DNA of 64,000 nucleotides from an uncultured Armatimonadetes bacterium (GTDB lineage Bacteria; Armatimonadota; Hebobacteria; Hebobacterales; Hebobacteraceae), in NCBI GenBank assembly GCA_963716175.1, contig OY970296.1, positions 5,591 to 69,590 on the forward strand, read 5' to 3'. The notes under the pieces are model-generated. The model had not been told where the DNA came from. It did no database searches and was given only the letters and a program-made list of their open reading frames with translations. Every line of letters begins with the position of its first letter. The stretch's first letter is position 1. Position numbers and translations under genes: made by a program. Positions 29,031 through 38,805 of the stretch are shown in pieces.

Positions 29031-30019
29031 TAGAGGTCAACAACGGCGTGCGTCTCCCAGGACTTGATCGCTGCCTCGATGATGCGCTGCGCCTTCAGCC
29101 CGTCTTCGCCGGAGCCGTCAATCCGGTCGTACGGGGTCTTGGCTTCGATCTGGTCAATCCAAGCCCCGATCCGGCTCCTGAAGGTCTCGCCGAACGCGCG
29201 CATACCCCCTAGGTACTTGTGGCTCTCAGATTCGATGCTATCGCGCGGGTAGAACTGCAGGTCCTCACAGGCGTCCTCAATCACGAATCGGCCTTTCGAG
29301 CCGATGACTTCGCAGTGCTCGAGGCCGTACGAGCCGCCGGCATCGTAGCTGCCCGTCAGAGTGCCCACCACGCCGTTTTCGAAGTGCAGCAGCGCCTGGC
29401 AGTTCGAATAGGTAATGCGACCGTCGCCCTTCTTCAGGAAGCACGCCACACTCTTCACGTCGCCGCAGAAGTATCGCATCACGTCGAAGGAGTGTGGATG
29501 GAGCGCTCGCATATGGAACCACGGCGAGGTCTCGACGGGGTTGTTGATCCACATCCGCATGTTGATCATGTATAGCGTCCCTAGGCGGCCCCCCGTGACC
29601 CACTCCTTCGCGCGCACGGCGGCGGGAGTGAACCGGTGGTTGAGGTTGATGGCATAGGGGACTCTCTTGTCCCTGGCCAGGGCGACCATCTTCTCGCCCT
29701 CGTCAATGCGATTAGAGATGGGCTTCTCGCCGAGCACGGGGACGCCCGCCTCGAGTAACTCGATGGTCGGGGTGAAGTGATCGCCGCCATTCTCTTCACC
29801 TCTCGTGCACATGCTGCACGCGTCGAGCTTGATCCCATCCGACAACAGCTCCCTGACGCTATAGAAGGCCTTTCCACCGAACTTCGCCGCCGCGGCGTCG
29901 GTCTTCTCGTGGACGATGTCGCAAACCGCTACGACCTCGGTCTTCGGATTACCTTGATAGACTCCGGCGTGAATGCTGCCGATGTTGCCAACTCCCACGA
30001 TCCCGATCTTCAGGGGCAT
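29030..30019 (-). CDS. Gfo/Idh/MocA-family oxidoreductase (second copy)
   Basis: ATG at 30019 follows a GGAAGAGGGAG RBS, and the N-terminus reads MPLKIGIVGVGNIGSIHAGVY. The upstream 62-codon extension is rejected. Confidence 0.8.
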   Translation of the reverse strand: MPLKIGIVGVGNIGSIHAGVYQGNPKTEVVAVCDIVHEKTDAAAAKFGGKAFYSVRELLSDGIKLDACSMCTRGEENGGDHFTPTIELLEAGVPVLGEKPISNRIDEGEKMVALARDKRVPYAINLNHRFTPAAVRAKEWVTGGRLGTLYMINMRMWINNPVETSPWFHMRALHPHSFDVMRYFCGDVKSVACFLKKGDGRITYSNCQALLHFENGVVGTLTGSYDAGGSYGLEHCEVIGSKGRFVIEDACEDLQFYPRDSIESESHKYLGGMRAFGETFRSRIGAWIDQIEAKTPYDRIDGSGEDGLKAQRIIEAAIKSWETHAVVDL

Positions 30020-30045
30020 CTTTGCGCTCCCTCTTCCACGCCGCG

Positions 30046-30066
30046 GTGTCCAGAAACTCATCTGGC
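30046..30066 (-). repeat. conserved motif GGAGCCAGATGAGTTTCTGGACA (minus sense) with adjacent hairpin, site 1 of 3
   Basis: The same motif occurs at 33096-33116 and 43163-43183, each upstream of a minus-strand gene. It resembles the IS-remnant terminal motif CCGATGAGTTATTGGACA. Confidence 0.4.
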
Positions 30067-30234
30067 TCCAGCGCGGTACTGGAGCCGCGCTCGTCGTATT
30101 CTCTGCGATCACTGACGCTCCTCTTCTGGAGAGGCCGAGAGGGTGAGCACGAGTTGTGTGTCCTCCGCTAGAATGGGACAGGAATGGGGGCAAGGCCTTG
30201 CGCATATGGACGTCATGTCCGACAACTCATCGGC

Positions 30235-30900
30235 GCCGCCCGGAAGGGATGCGGGCCGGTTCATCGACGGGATGATGGACTGCAGAAGGGCGCCATCCGG
30301 CTTCGGATGCAGGGGCTGAGGTGACGGTCAGAACATCTGACCGCGCGACTGAGGGCGCCGGTGGCGTTGCATGCCCCAGCGTTCCCGGGTGAGCAGCACA
30401 CGCGGTACGGACTACGCGGCCTTGCGGTAGTAGGAGTTCAGCAACCCTCCCAGCAACTGCTCGCACTCCACCACGAGATCCCCATCCGACATCTGGTCGG
30501 CGCAATCCCGCGGCACTCCTCCTGCCGCTCGGCGCTCCGGTATTCGGTTGGCGATCCCCTGATGCGGACGATGGCCATTGAAGAAGCCGACATAGGCCCT
30601 GAGGGCGCGCCGCAGGCTGCTCACGCCGAAGAGAATGAGCTGCTCCAGGCACTCCCCGGTGACACTGCCCACCCACCATTCCGCATGGGCGTTGGCATCA
30701 GGGGCGCGAAACGGGGTCTTCACCACGTTCGTATGGGCCGTGGTGAGGACCGCATCGAAGTCCCAGGCCAACAGCTTGTCCCGATCATGCAGCACATAGC
30801 GGGGCGCGATCCCCAGATCCTCGCACGCCATCAGCAGGTTGCGGGCCATCTGCCCCATCCACAGGCCGTTGGGAGAGAAGGTGGCTTCCGCCAGCAGGAT
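30235..30900 (-). mobile_element. IS remnant copy 2: N-terminally truncated IS481/IS3-like rve transposase (about 165 C-terminal aa) plus IS 3' end, inverted relative to copy 1
   Basis: The rve-core C-terminal half reads ...HDRDKLLAW...NAHAEWW...FNGHRPHQGIANRIP...LGGLLNSYYRKAA; the first catalytic Asp and the HTH are missing. The 3' end region 30235-30400 matches 24600-24745. Confidence 0.6.
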
Positions 30901-30979
30901 CGGGCGCGTGCTCAGGTGCAGCACGAACCGTGACCGAGCCTGACAAGGCCGACGGTTTTCAGGTTTCCTTTGCCTCGCC

Positions 30980-33028
30980 CTAGCTCTCGGACCCCACGGG
31001 AGGCATGCCTGGAACATCAGGTCCGGTTGCTGGCTTCTCGGCAGTCTCCTGACCAGGTTTCGCTTCAGTCCCGCTCTCTTTCAGACCCGAGGCTTTCGGC
31101 AGGAAGTGCTGGGTGAGTGTGCCCGCGAGGGCATTGAAGATCCCTCCCTCGCCCGGAGCAAATACCTGAGGAACGATCGGATTCTTGCTGTCGCTCAGCG
31201 CAAGGATGGCATTGACTACCGCGGTCGGACCTTGCCCGAGGGCTTCCACCTGCGCTTTATAAGCTTCAGCGCGCGCCATGCCGACTGCTCGGACTTCCGC
31301 ACCCTTCGCGGTTCCGGTTTCGCGAATGAATGTAGCTTCACCGTCCGCTTCGGCCCTACGCGCGTTTGCCCGGTTGATGTTGATATCGACGCCGACCTTG
31401 GACTTGGCCAATTCCGCCTGCATATCAGCGGTTCCCCGTGCGTTCTCGGTCTGGATCCGCTCGTCCTGAGCCGATTTCTGCATCTGGAAAGTCTCGATTT
31501 CCTGCTTGGCAACAGCGCGGTTGGTTAGGACAGTTACCAGTTGAGCGGGGAAGATGACGTCTTGGATGAAGACCCCGGGGATTTCAACATCGTATCTGCC
31601 CAACTGCTCTTTGATATAGGAGAAAGCCATTTCTTGGACTTGCTGGCGTTCTTCGATGAATTGGATGGCTGGCATCCCCTGGAGCTTCTCCCTGAAGTAA
31701 TTGCCAACGGCCGCTTGAAGAACCTCACTGACGAGGTTCATCATGGTCTTTACTTTGGAGATGACAAACGGCGCCTTGACGTCAGGCACATGAATCTGGA
31801 CTTGGAGATCGATCTTGAAGACAAAACCTTCGTTGCTCTTGGCTTCGATTGACTGGAGTCTTTGGTCCAGATCATGAGCCATGGAACTGGCTTCGGCCCA
31901 ATTGAGGGTCAGAATTGCCGTCGGGACGATCTCGGCCTGGTAACAATGGGGATTGATGGGGTACTTCCCGGTTCTCAACGGCTCTTCCCAGACGCCCCGG
32001 TGTCCGGGCTTGACGATGCTGCCATGCTTGAAGGTTTCGCCGGAGACATCGACCGTGGGCAAGCCAACATAGGCCTTGATAACCGCGACCTCACCTTGCT
32101 CGACGACGAGCATGGGGACGATCTCGACGCGGACAAGGAAGGGATTGAGGTTGTAAGCACCGTAGAGGAGAACATCGTGCTGAAGGCCGATCTTGCCTCC
32201 ATGGTCAAGGAAGGCCTGGAGGTCTTGATAGTTGTTGTGCTGGTCGTTTTTGCTGGCTAAGACGGCTTCGACAAGCTTCTGACCAGTCGCGCCACCCCCT
32301 TCGAGTTCGGCAATGTCCGCGAATCCGCCCAGACGACCGGCAATATCGTTTTGGGTCAATGGCTGTCCTTCGAGCGTTGTCACGACGCCGATGACATCCC
32401 TCATGCGTTCGCCTTCTCCTCTTTGTGTGGGGGTGATGACGGTGACATTGAGGTTCTCCGGCGCCAGGCCGAATGCTTCGCAGGTCAGACCTCGATGCGC
32501 CACGCGCTGCAGTTCGGGGTCAACCGGGATTCCGTACACCTTTCGTTTGGTGATCACCAGGAAGGCGATGGGATGGATCGGCAATAGGGATCCGGGTGGA
32601 AGGACGGGCCGTTGCACCCCTTTCTCGCCCTCGCTGCCGATGAAGCTCCGGAGATCGGTGAAGTTGCCGAATGCGGGTTGGAACCGGGCCGATTTCGCTC
32701 CGATTGGCAAGGGCTTGCCAACCTGGGCGATCACCACCCCAATCTCGCCCGCAGGCACTTGAACCCAAGGACGTTTCTCGACGGCATAGATGATCCAAAA
32801 GGCCAAACGCCAGCCTGGCATCAGCAGATCCGCCTGATAGCCCGCCTCACCCTGAAGAGCGATGGGGTTATCTTCCGTCAGCTTCCGCAATCCAAACCGC
32901 TTGATAACTAAACCGACTTCGTTTGGACCGATGCGTCGGATGGAGGGGATCGCCAAGAGCAGAAGGACAATCACGCCCAGGACTGTCCAAAGAAGCGGGG
33001 CCGCGACCGGAGCCGTTTCCATTTCCAT
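30980..33028 (-). CDS. flotillin-like SPFH/band-7 domain protein
   Basis: An N-terminal TM helix is followed by an SPFH domain and a long Ala/Glu-rich coiled coil (AEADGEATFIRETGTAKGAEVRAVGMARAEAYKAQVEALGQ). Confidence 0.75.
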   Translation of the reverse strand: MEMETAPVAAPLLWTVLGVIVLLLLAIPSIRRIGPNEVGLVIKRFGLRKLTEDNPIALQGEAGYQADLLMPGWRLAFWIIYAVEKRPWVQVPAGEIGVVIAQVGKPLPIGAKSARFQPAFGNFTDLRSFIGSEGEKGVQRPVLPPGSLLPIHPIAFLVITKRKVYGIPVDPELQRVAHRGLTCEAFGLAPENLNVTVITPTQRGEGERMRDVIGVVTTLEGQPLTQNDIAGRLGGFADIAELEGGGATGQKLVEAVLASKNDQHNNYQDLQAFLDHGGKIGLQHDVLLYGAYNLNPFLVRVEIVPMLVVEQGEVAVIKAYVGLPTVDVSGETFKHGSIVKPGHRGVWEEPLRTGKYPINPHCYQAEIVPTAILTLNWAEASSMAHDLDQRLQSIEAKSNEGFVFKIDLQVQIHVPDVKAPFVISKVKTMMNLVSEVLQAAVGNYFREKLQGMPAIQFIEERQQVQEMAFSYIKEQLGRYDVEIPGVFIQDVIFPAQLVTVLTNRAVAKQEIETFQMQKSAQDERIQTENARGTADMQAELAKSKVGVDININRANARRAEADGEATFIRETGTAKGAEVRAVGMARAEAYKAQVEALGQGPTAVVNAILALSDSKNPIVPQVFAPGEGGIFNALAGTLTQHFLPKASGLKESGTEAKPGQETAEKPATGPDVPGMPPVGSES

Positions 33029-33095
33029 CTCCCTTTGGCCAGGATTTCCTAGCCCGACAGGCTTTCGGCTTCTTTGTACTCCGCAAAAACCGTCT

Positions 33096-33116
33096 TGTCC
33101 AGGAACTCATCTGGCT
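33096..33116 (-). repeat. motif GGAGCCAGATGAGTTCCTGGACA, site 2 of 3
   Basis: The site lies between the SLH giant gene stop and the flotillin start. An adjacent GGCTCC/GGAGCC hairpin is present, and a separate TCTCGCGC-GAA-GCGCGAGA hairpin sits just after the giant gene stop. Confidence 0.4.
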
Positions 33117-33175
33117 CCCAGGATCCTCATGGAGCCTCTCTAGTGGTATTCTCTCGCGCTTCGCGCGAGACCTGG

Positions 33176-36100
33176 TCACGGCGTGATGGTGAACTCGGGC
33201 TGAAGGTCGAGTTCCTGGAAGACACCGGGTTCGTGCTCCACGCTTACCACGAGGGTGTAGAGGCCCGCCGGCAGTTCGCCGGGTATATCCCACCAGACTG
33301 CGTAGTAGGGGACGCCTGACGACCAAGCCGTATCCCTCGCCGCGTTGAGGTCGTGCTCTGTAAGTGAGGCCACTCCGGCGCGAGCCACAGGCCCGCGCAG
33401 ATCAAAGCGCACATCGAACGAACCGTCACCGGCCGCCAAGTTTGGGCCCAGGCGCGCCGCGTCGAAGACGACGTAAGCATAGCCGGGCTCCGATGCTGGC
33501 CCGCCGCTGCGTGAAGACCACCCGTTGTAGGTGGCGGTCCCCGGGTTGACCGCGGTCACGGCCGGACCTCCCAGCACTACAGGATTGCCGGTAGGCATCA
33601 CAAAGGCCCGCCACATGTAAACCGCCATCTGGCCTCGGCTCACCGGATCGCCAGGCCGATAGGTCCTGGTATCAAAGCCTTGGACGATGCCGTGGGCCAC
33701 GCAGCACTCGATCTCGTTATAGGCCCAGTGGTCGGTGAGCACGTCCTTGAAGCTGGGTTCGGGCGGGCCGTCGGGAACCTTGGTGCCTCCCACCAGCGCG
33801 CGGGATATGTAAGCCGCCATCGCATCTCGGTTCACAATCATAGCGGGCCGGTACGTTCCGTCATTGAAGCCTTGCACCACTCCTGCCCGGGCCAGTCCTT
33901 CGATCTCGGCCCAGGCCCAGGAGTCGGCCTGGGTGACGTCCCTGAACCGCCCTTGGTACGGCGCGGTAGGCAGCTTCAGGGCGCGCAGGATGTAGACCGC
34001 CATTGCATCCCGCGCCACCAGGATAGCTGGACGGTAGGTTCCGTCGTCATAACCTCTAACCACGCCGGGCACCCGTCCTGCGAGTTCCTCTATATGGAAG
34101 CGTGCCCAGGAGGCATCATGGCCCAGGCCAGGCTGGATGTCAGAGAAGCGGCTGATCACAACGTCCTCAGAGACCAGACCTCCCTTCCACGGAACCTCCC
34201 CACGCGAGAGCTGCCACCCGCAACCCAGTCCGTCCGGTACACCTGGCGATGTCGTCGTTACTGGTAGATCATAACTCAGCGTCGTCAGCGGCGGGGCTAC
34301 CGTTGAGAAGTCGAACGTGCATGTCGCCCCAGGCAGGACCTCTGCTTCCAGGGGGACGGAGGCGACGCCCCAGCGGTCCATACTGCCCCGGGCCTCAAGG
34401 TGGTATCCTTCCCCCGGCCGCCATGTGAAAGCATCAAGGTTCTGGTAGGTGATGGAGGTATTCGCAGCCTCCCCCCAGCTAAGGCTAAGGGGCAGAGACC
34501 TTGCTGTCACCTCACTCGATCCGGGTGGCACGGACTGAACGGCGAGCGTGACCGCGCCACTGTCGCTGGCTGGGTTCGGTCCGTCGCAGGTGGCGGTGAC
34601 TGTGAGCGTGATGCTCTCCTCGCTGTCTGTGGTGTTGGCTGGAGCAGTATAGGTCGGATTCTGGAGGCTCGGGGAAAGCGAGAAGCTTCCTCCCGCGCCT
34701 CCATCAGACCAGGACCAGGACGCGATAGTATGCCCGGAGCGGGTGTCCGCAGCTGTGGCGGAGAGGGTGGCGGTCCCGCCAGAGGCAACAGCAGCAGGGA
34801 CAGCAGACGCGCTGACCACCAGAGAGTGCGCCACCGGCTGCACGACCAAGAGGGTGGAGTTGCTGGCGCTGAGCGGCTCAGGTCCGTCGCAGGTGGCGGT
34901 GACTGTGAGCGTGATGCTCTCCTCGCTGTCCGCGGTGTTGGCTGGAGCAGTATAGGTCGGATTCTGGAGGCTCGGGGAAAGCGAGAAGCTTCCTCCCGCG
35001 CCTCCATCAGACCAGGACCAGGACGCGATAGTATGCCCGGAGCGGGTGTCCGCAGCTGTGGCGGAGAGGGTGGCGGTCCCGCCAGAGGCAACAGCAGCAG
35101 GGACAGCAGACGCGCTGACCACCAGAGAGTGCGCCACCGGCTGCACGACCAAGAGGGTGGAGTTGCTGGCGCTGAGCGGCTCAGGTCCGTCGCAGGTGGC
35201 GGTGACTGTGAGCGTGATGCTCTCCTCGCTGTCCGCGGTGTTGGCTGGAGCAGTATAGGTCGGATTCTGGAGGCTCGGGGAAAGCGAGAAGCTTCCTCCC
35301 GCGCCTCCATCAGACCAGGACCAGGACGCGATAGTATGCCCGGAGCGGGTGTCCGCAGCTGTGGCGGAGAGGGTGGCGGTCCCGCCAGAGGCAACAGCAG
35401 CAGGGACAGCAGACGCACTGACCACCAGAGAGTGCGCCACCGGCTGCACGACCAAGAGGGTGGAGTTGCTGGCGCTGAGCGGCTCAGGTCCGTCGCAGGT
35501 TCCCGTGACCGTGAGACAGATCGTGATGTCAGAACCCGTTAGGTTCTCGGGTGCGCGATACTGCGGGTCCGAAACCGCGGCGGAGGGCGAGAAGCTTCCT
35601 CCCGCGCCTCCATCAGACCAGGACCAGGACGCGATAGTATGCCCGGAGCGGGTGTCCGCAGCTGTGGCGGAGAGGGTGGCGGTCCCGCCAGAGGCAACAG
35701 CAGCAGGGACAGCAGACGCGCTGACCACCAGAGAGTGCGCCGCCGGCTGCACGACCAAGAGGGTGGAGTTGCTGGCGCTGAGCGGCTCAGGTCCGTCGCA
35801 GGTGGCGGTGACTGTGAGCGTGATGCTCTCCTCGCTGTCTGTGGTGTTGGCTGGAGCGCTATAGGTCGGATTCTGGAGGCTCGGGGAGGGCGAGAAGCTC
35901 CCTCCCGCGCCTCCATCAGACCAGGACCAGGACGCGATAGTATGCCCGGAGCGGGTGTCCGCAGCTGTGGCGGAGAGGGTGGCGGTCCCGCCAGAGGCAA
36001 CAGCAGCAGGGACAGCAGACGCACTGACCACCAGAGAGTGCGCCACCGGCTGCACGACCAAGAGGGTGGAGTTGCTGGCGCTGAGCGGCTCAGGTCCGTC

Positions 36101-38713
36101 GCAGGTGGCGGTGACTGTGAGCGTGATGCTCTCCTCGCTGTCCGCGGTGTTGGCTGGAGCAGTATAGGTCGGATTCTGGAGGCTCGGGGAAAGCGAGAAG
36201 CTTCCTCCCGCGCCTCCATCAGACCAGGACCAGGACGCGATAGTATGCCCGGAGCGGGTGTCCGCAGCTGTGGCGGAGAGGGTGGCGGTCCCGCCAGAGG
36301 CAACAGCAGCAGGGACAGCAGACGCGCTGACCACCAGAGAGTGCGCCGCCGGCTGCACGACCAAGAGGGTGGAGTTGCTGGCGCTGAGCGGCTCAGGTCC
36401 GTCGCAGGTGGCGGTGACTGTGAGCGTGATGCTCTCCTCGCTGTCTGTGGTGTTGGCTGGAGCGCTATAGGTCGGATTCTGGAGGCTCGGGGAGGGCGAG
36501 AAGCTTCCTCCCGCGCCTCCATCAGACCAGGACCAGGACGCGATCTCGTGCGGTCCGCTATCACTCGCGCTTGCGCTCAGCACGGCGCTCCCAGCGGACG
36601 CCACACTCCCCGGCGAGACCGAGGCCGTGACGGATAAGGTGTGTGGGACCACCGTGACTGTGACGGTGTCGCTGGCGGCCTGAGTCCCACTATCCGTAAC
36701 GGTCAACGTATACGTGGTGGTGGCACTCGGAGACGCTACCGGTTGCACGACATGAGGGGCATCAATCCCGGTACTCGGTGACCACGAATAGGAGTAGGGA
36801 GGCTGTCCACCGGAGGCAGATCCGCCCAACACAGTGGAGTCGCCCGGTGTTATGATCCTGCCGGGCCCCGCTTCGGCAAACAGCCGTGGGATGACGAGTA
36901 CCCCTACAGTATCGCGGTCCGTTCCCCCGGAGCTGTCGGTCACGGTGAGCGTGTAGAGGGTCGTGCTGTCCGGCGATGCCGCAGGATGGGCGACGGCCGG
37001 ATTGCTCAGGCCCGCCGTTGGTGACCACGAGTAGTGGTAGGGAGTTACCCCGTTGGATGCGGACCCCTCGAGTGTAGTGGACTCCCCGGCGATGATGGTC
37101 TCGTCGGGGCCCGCTTCAGCCATCACGGTTGATGCCGCCGTGTACGTGTAGCCGAGCGCCTTGACGCCCGACACTACCTGCTTCAGGTAATCGATGTCGT
37201 AGTCGGGGTGGAAGTACGCGCTCGCCCAGCCGTCCCGTACCACCAGGCTCTTCTGGGCGGCCCTGACGATGTCTTCCGGAAACCGCGCGGGACAGTCGTA
37301 GAAAGGAACCGGCTCGACATTGCCCAAGTTCTCGGGCAGGATCCTCTGGTTATACACGTCGCGCTCAATCACATAGGGGTAGAACTGCCCGGCGTAATCC
37401 GCGCCATCCGAAGTGAAGTAGAGCACGCGACCCGCGATGAGGTTGAACCGATGACCAAGCTCAACCGAGTCCAGGCTCGAGGCCAGGTAGTGCGGCGTTT
37501 CCCAGGCGATGGGAGCGAACCCGCACGCCGCTAGCTCTGCGAGTGCCTGGTCGATACGTCCATTCACCCAAGCGACCGAGTCTTCGGGCAGCGGGCCAAT
37601 AAGCTCGGTGTCGCCTGCCGCCTCGTTCCATACTGACCGGAGGAATTCGCAGTCATCCCCTGTCATGCCATCGTAGGGGTTGGGAGTACTGTCGTACTGA
37701 TGGGTGTAGCCATGGTCAATGATCTGGCCTCCTCGGGAGACCATATACTTGAGCGCATTCACAACTGTGTGTGACTGAGAGAGGCGCACCGTCTGGGGAG
37801 TGCCGTTCACAACCCCCAGAGGGTCATTGAAGACCGGGATGGTGGCGACTTCAAACGGTGCTCGCTGCGAAGCAAGATAATCGGCCACTGACTTCAGATC
37901 GGAACTGTGGGCGATGGGATCCACATCTTCGATTCGAATCAGAGCGCGGTGGCTCGGCGCGTGGTCTATGCCCACGATGTCGTGGATGAGATCGCAAAAC
38001 ACGAGGTAGCGGTCCTCTTCGGATACATAGCTGAACGGCGAATCGGCGAAGTACCAAAGGTTCCCCGAGTGGACCACATATGGCCACGAGGCCCCCGGCT
38101 GAGCATCTGTAGCCGGACGGTAGGCGATGGCCTTCACCTCGGCAAGGTTGGGATCCAGGATCATAGTCGCGCCCACATCCGGGTCCGCGAGGTCCTTCAC
38201 AAGGGACTCTTCCTTGTACTGGACCTCGGGGAAGCCACTGCTGTCCACCCCGGCGAACTGGAATCCATAGCGCCCACTGAAAGCAGGATCCCAGTACCCG
38301 GCGTCATTCCAGGCGATCTGCCAGAGGTTGTAACTGAACCAGCAGACCGTCCGCTCTGTCGCCATCACGTCGGACAAGAACGCGCTGGGCAACGGATTAT
38401 CGAACGCAACTCCCAGGTAGAACGTGACCGCGTAGTTCTCCACCTCGCCAGCGGTGTAGCTCTCCACCGGTTCCAGCGTCCACGCCATGGGGAAATGCCC
38501 TAGCAGATTTGCGACCTGCAAGGCATGAAGCTCGCCTAGCCAGGCGCAGGGGGGTGCCGAGTCGTACAGAATGAGGGCCGAAACCGGGTGCTGTGGCGGA
38601 GGTCCTGCCGCTCTGGCCGCCGAGTGACCTAGGGCCAAACAGCTGAGCAGGATGAGGCCCAGCCATCGCGCTCGTCCCGTTGTCGTTCCCAAAGCACTCA
38701 GGTTAGAGCGCAT
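33176..38713 (-). CDS. giant S-layer-anchored surface protein: signal peptide, DUF2334/polysaccharide-deacetylase-like domain, two PKD-like and seven near-identical Ig-like repeats, three C-terminal SLH domains
   Basis: Three SLH-type repeats (...GYDDGTYRPAILVARDAMAVYILRAL..., ...GFNDGTYRPAMIVNRDAMAAYISRAL..., ...GFDTRTYRPGDPVSRGQMAVYMWRAF) sit at the C-terminus. The likely start is ATG 38713, with signal peptide MRSNLSALGTTTGRARWLGLILLSCLALGHSAARA. Confidence 0.75.
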   Translation of the reverse strand: MRSNLSALGTTTGRARWLGLILLSCLALGHSAARAAGPPPQHPVSALILYDSAPPCAWLGELHALQVANLLGHFPMAWTLEPVESYTAGEVENYAVTFYLGVAFDNPLPSAFLSDVMATERTVCWFSYNLWQIAWNDAGYWDPAFSGRYGFQFAGVDSSGFPEVQYKEESLVKDLADPDVGATMILDPNLAEVKAIAYRPATDAQPGASWPYVVHSGNLWYFADSPFSYVSEEDRYLVFCDLIHDIVGIDHAPSHRALIRIEDVDPIAHSSDLKSVADYLASQRAPFEVATIPVFNDPLGVVNGTPQTVRLSQSHTVVNALKYMVSRGGQIIDHGYTHQYDSTPNPYDGMTGDDCEFLRSVWNEAAGDTELIGPLPEDSVAWVNGRIDQALAELAACGFAPIAWETPHYLASSLDSVELGHRFNLIAGRVLYFTSDGADYAGQFYPYVIERDVYNQRILPENLGNVEPVPFYDCPARFPEDIVRAAQKSLVVRDGWASAYFHPDYDIDYLKQVVSGVKALGYTYTAASTVMAEAGPDETIIAGESTTLEGSASNGVTPYHYSWSPTAGLSNPAVAHPAASPDSTTLYTLTVTDSSGGTDRDTVGVLVIPRLFAEAGPGRIITPGDSTVLGGSASGGQPPYSYSWSPSTGIDAPHVVQPVASPSATTTYTLTVTDSGTQAASDTVTVTVVPHTLSVTASVSPGSVASAGSAVLSASASDSGPHEIASWSWSDGGAGGSFSPSPSLQNPTYSAPANTTDSEESITLTVTATCDGPEPLSASNSTLLVVQPAAHSLVVSASAVPAAVASGGTATLSATAADTRSGHTIASWSWSDGGAGGSFSLSPSLQNPTYTAPANTADSEESITLTVTATCDGPEPLSASNSTLLVVQPVAHSLVVSASAVPAAVASGGTATLSATAADTRSGHTIASWSWSDGGAGGSFSPSPSLQNPTYSAPANTTDSEESITLTVTATCDGPEPLSASNSTLLVVQPAAHSLVVSASAVPAAVASGGTATLSATAADTRSGHTIASWSWSDGGAGGSFSPSAAVSDPQYRAPENLTGSDITICLTVTGTCDGPEPLSASNSTLLVVQPVAHSLVVSASAVPAAVASGGTATLSATAADTRSGHTIASWSWSDGGAGGSFSLSPSLQNPTYTAPANTADSEESITLTVTATCDGPEPLSASNSTLLVVQPVAHSLVVSASAVPAAVASGGTATLSATAADTRSGHTIASWSWSDGGAGGSFSLSPSLQNPTYTAPANTADSEESITLTVTATCDGPEPLSASNSTLLVVQPVAHSLVVSASAVPAAVASGGTATLSATAADTRSGHTIASWSWSDGGAGGSFSLSPSLQNPTYTAPANTTDSEESITLTVTATCDGPNPASDSGAVTLAVQSVPPGSSEVTARSLPLSLSWGEAANTSITYQNLDAFTWRPGEGYHLEARGSMDRWGVASVPLEAEVLPGATCTFDFSTVAPPLTTLSYDLPVTTTSPGVPDGLGCGWQLSRGEVPWKGGLVSEDVVISRFSDIQPGLGHDASWARFHIEELAGRVPGVVRGYDDGTYRPAILVARDAMAVYILRALKLPTAPYQGRFRDVTQADSWAWAEIEGLARAGVVQGFNDGTYRPAMIVNRDAMAAYISRALVGGTKVPDGPPEPSFKDVLTDHWAYNEIECCVAHGIVQGFDTRTYRPGDPVSRGQMAVYMWRAFVMPTGNPVVLGGPAVTAVNPGTATYNGWSSRSGGPASEPGYAYVVFDAARLGPNLAAGDGSFDVRFDLRGPVARAGVASLTEHDLNAARDTAWSSGVPYYAVWWDIPGELPAGLYTLVVSVEHEPGVFQELDLQPEFTITP
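34530..36560. repeat. 7 tandem copies of a 303-bp unit (101 aa) inside the giant gene, in two alternating variants
   Basis: Identical 70-aa ORF fragments recur at 34743, 35046, 35349, 35955 and 36258, a 303-bp spacing. Protein repeats read SWSWSDGGAGGSFS(P/L)SPSLQNPTY(S/T)APANT... Confidence 0.8.
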
Positions 38714-38805
38714 TTCATAACCTACCGGCTGGCTGGCCGCACCACGCCCTCGCATGAAATGCGCCTGCCACTGCCTGACGTCGTGCAGTGCTGTTTCATA
38801 GCCTC
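38714..38805. promoter_or_regulatory. operator-like palindrome in the divergent promoter region: TTTCATAACCTCCCATGGGAAGGTTATGAAA, plus an extra TTTCATAACCT half-site at 38714
   Basis: The 11-bp arms TTTCATAACCT/AGGTTATGAAA flank CCCATGGGA, and the half-site recurs immediately upstream of the giant gene ATG. Confidence 0.4.

Noticed and set aside
34530-36560. Regularly spaced near-identical repeats that could be mistaken for a CRISPR array
   Set aside because: The unit is 303 bp with no short repeat/spacer alternation. The repeats are in-frame protein domain repeats inside a single long ORF.
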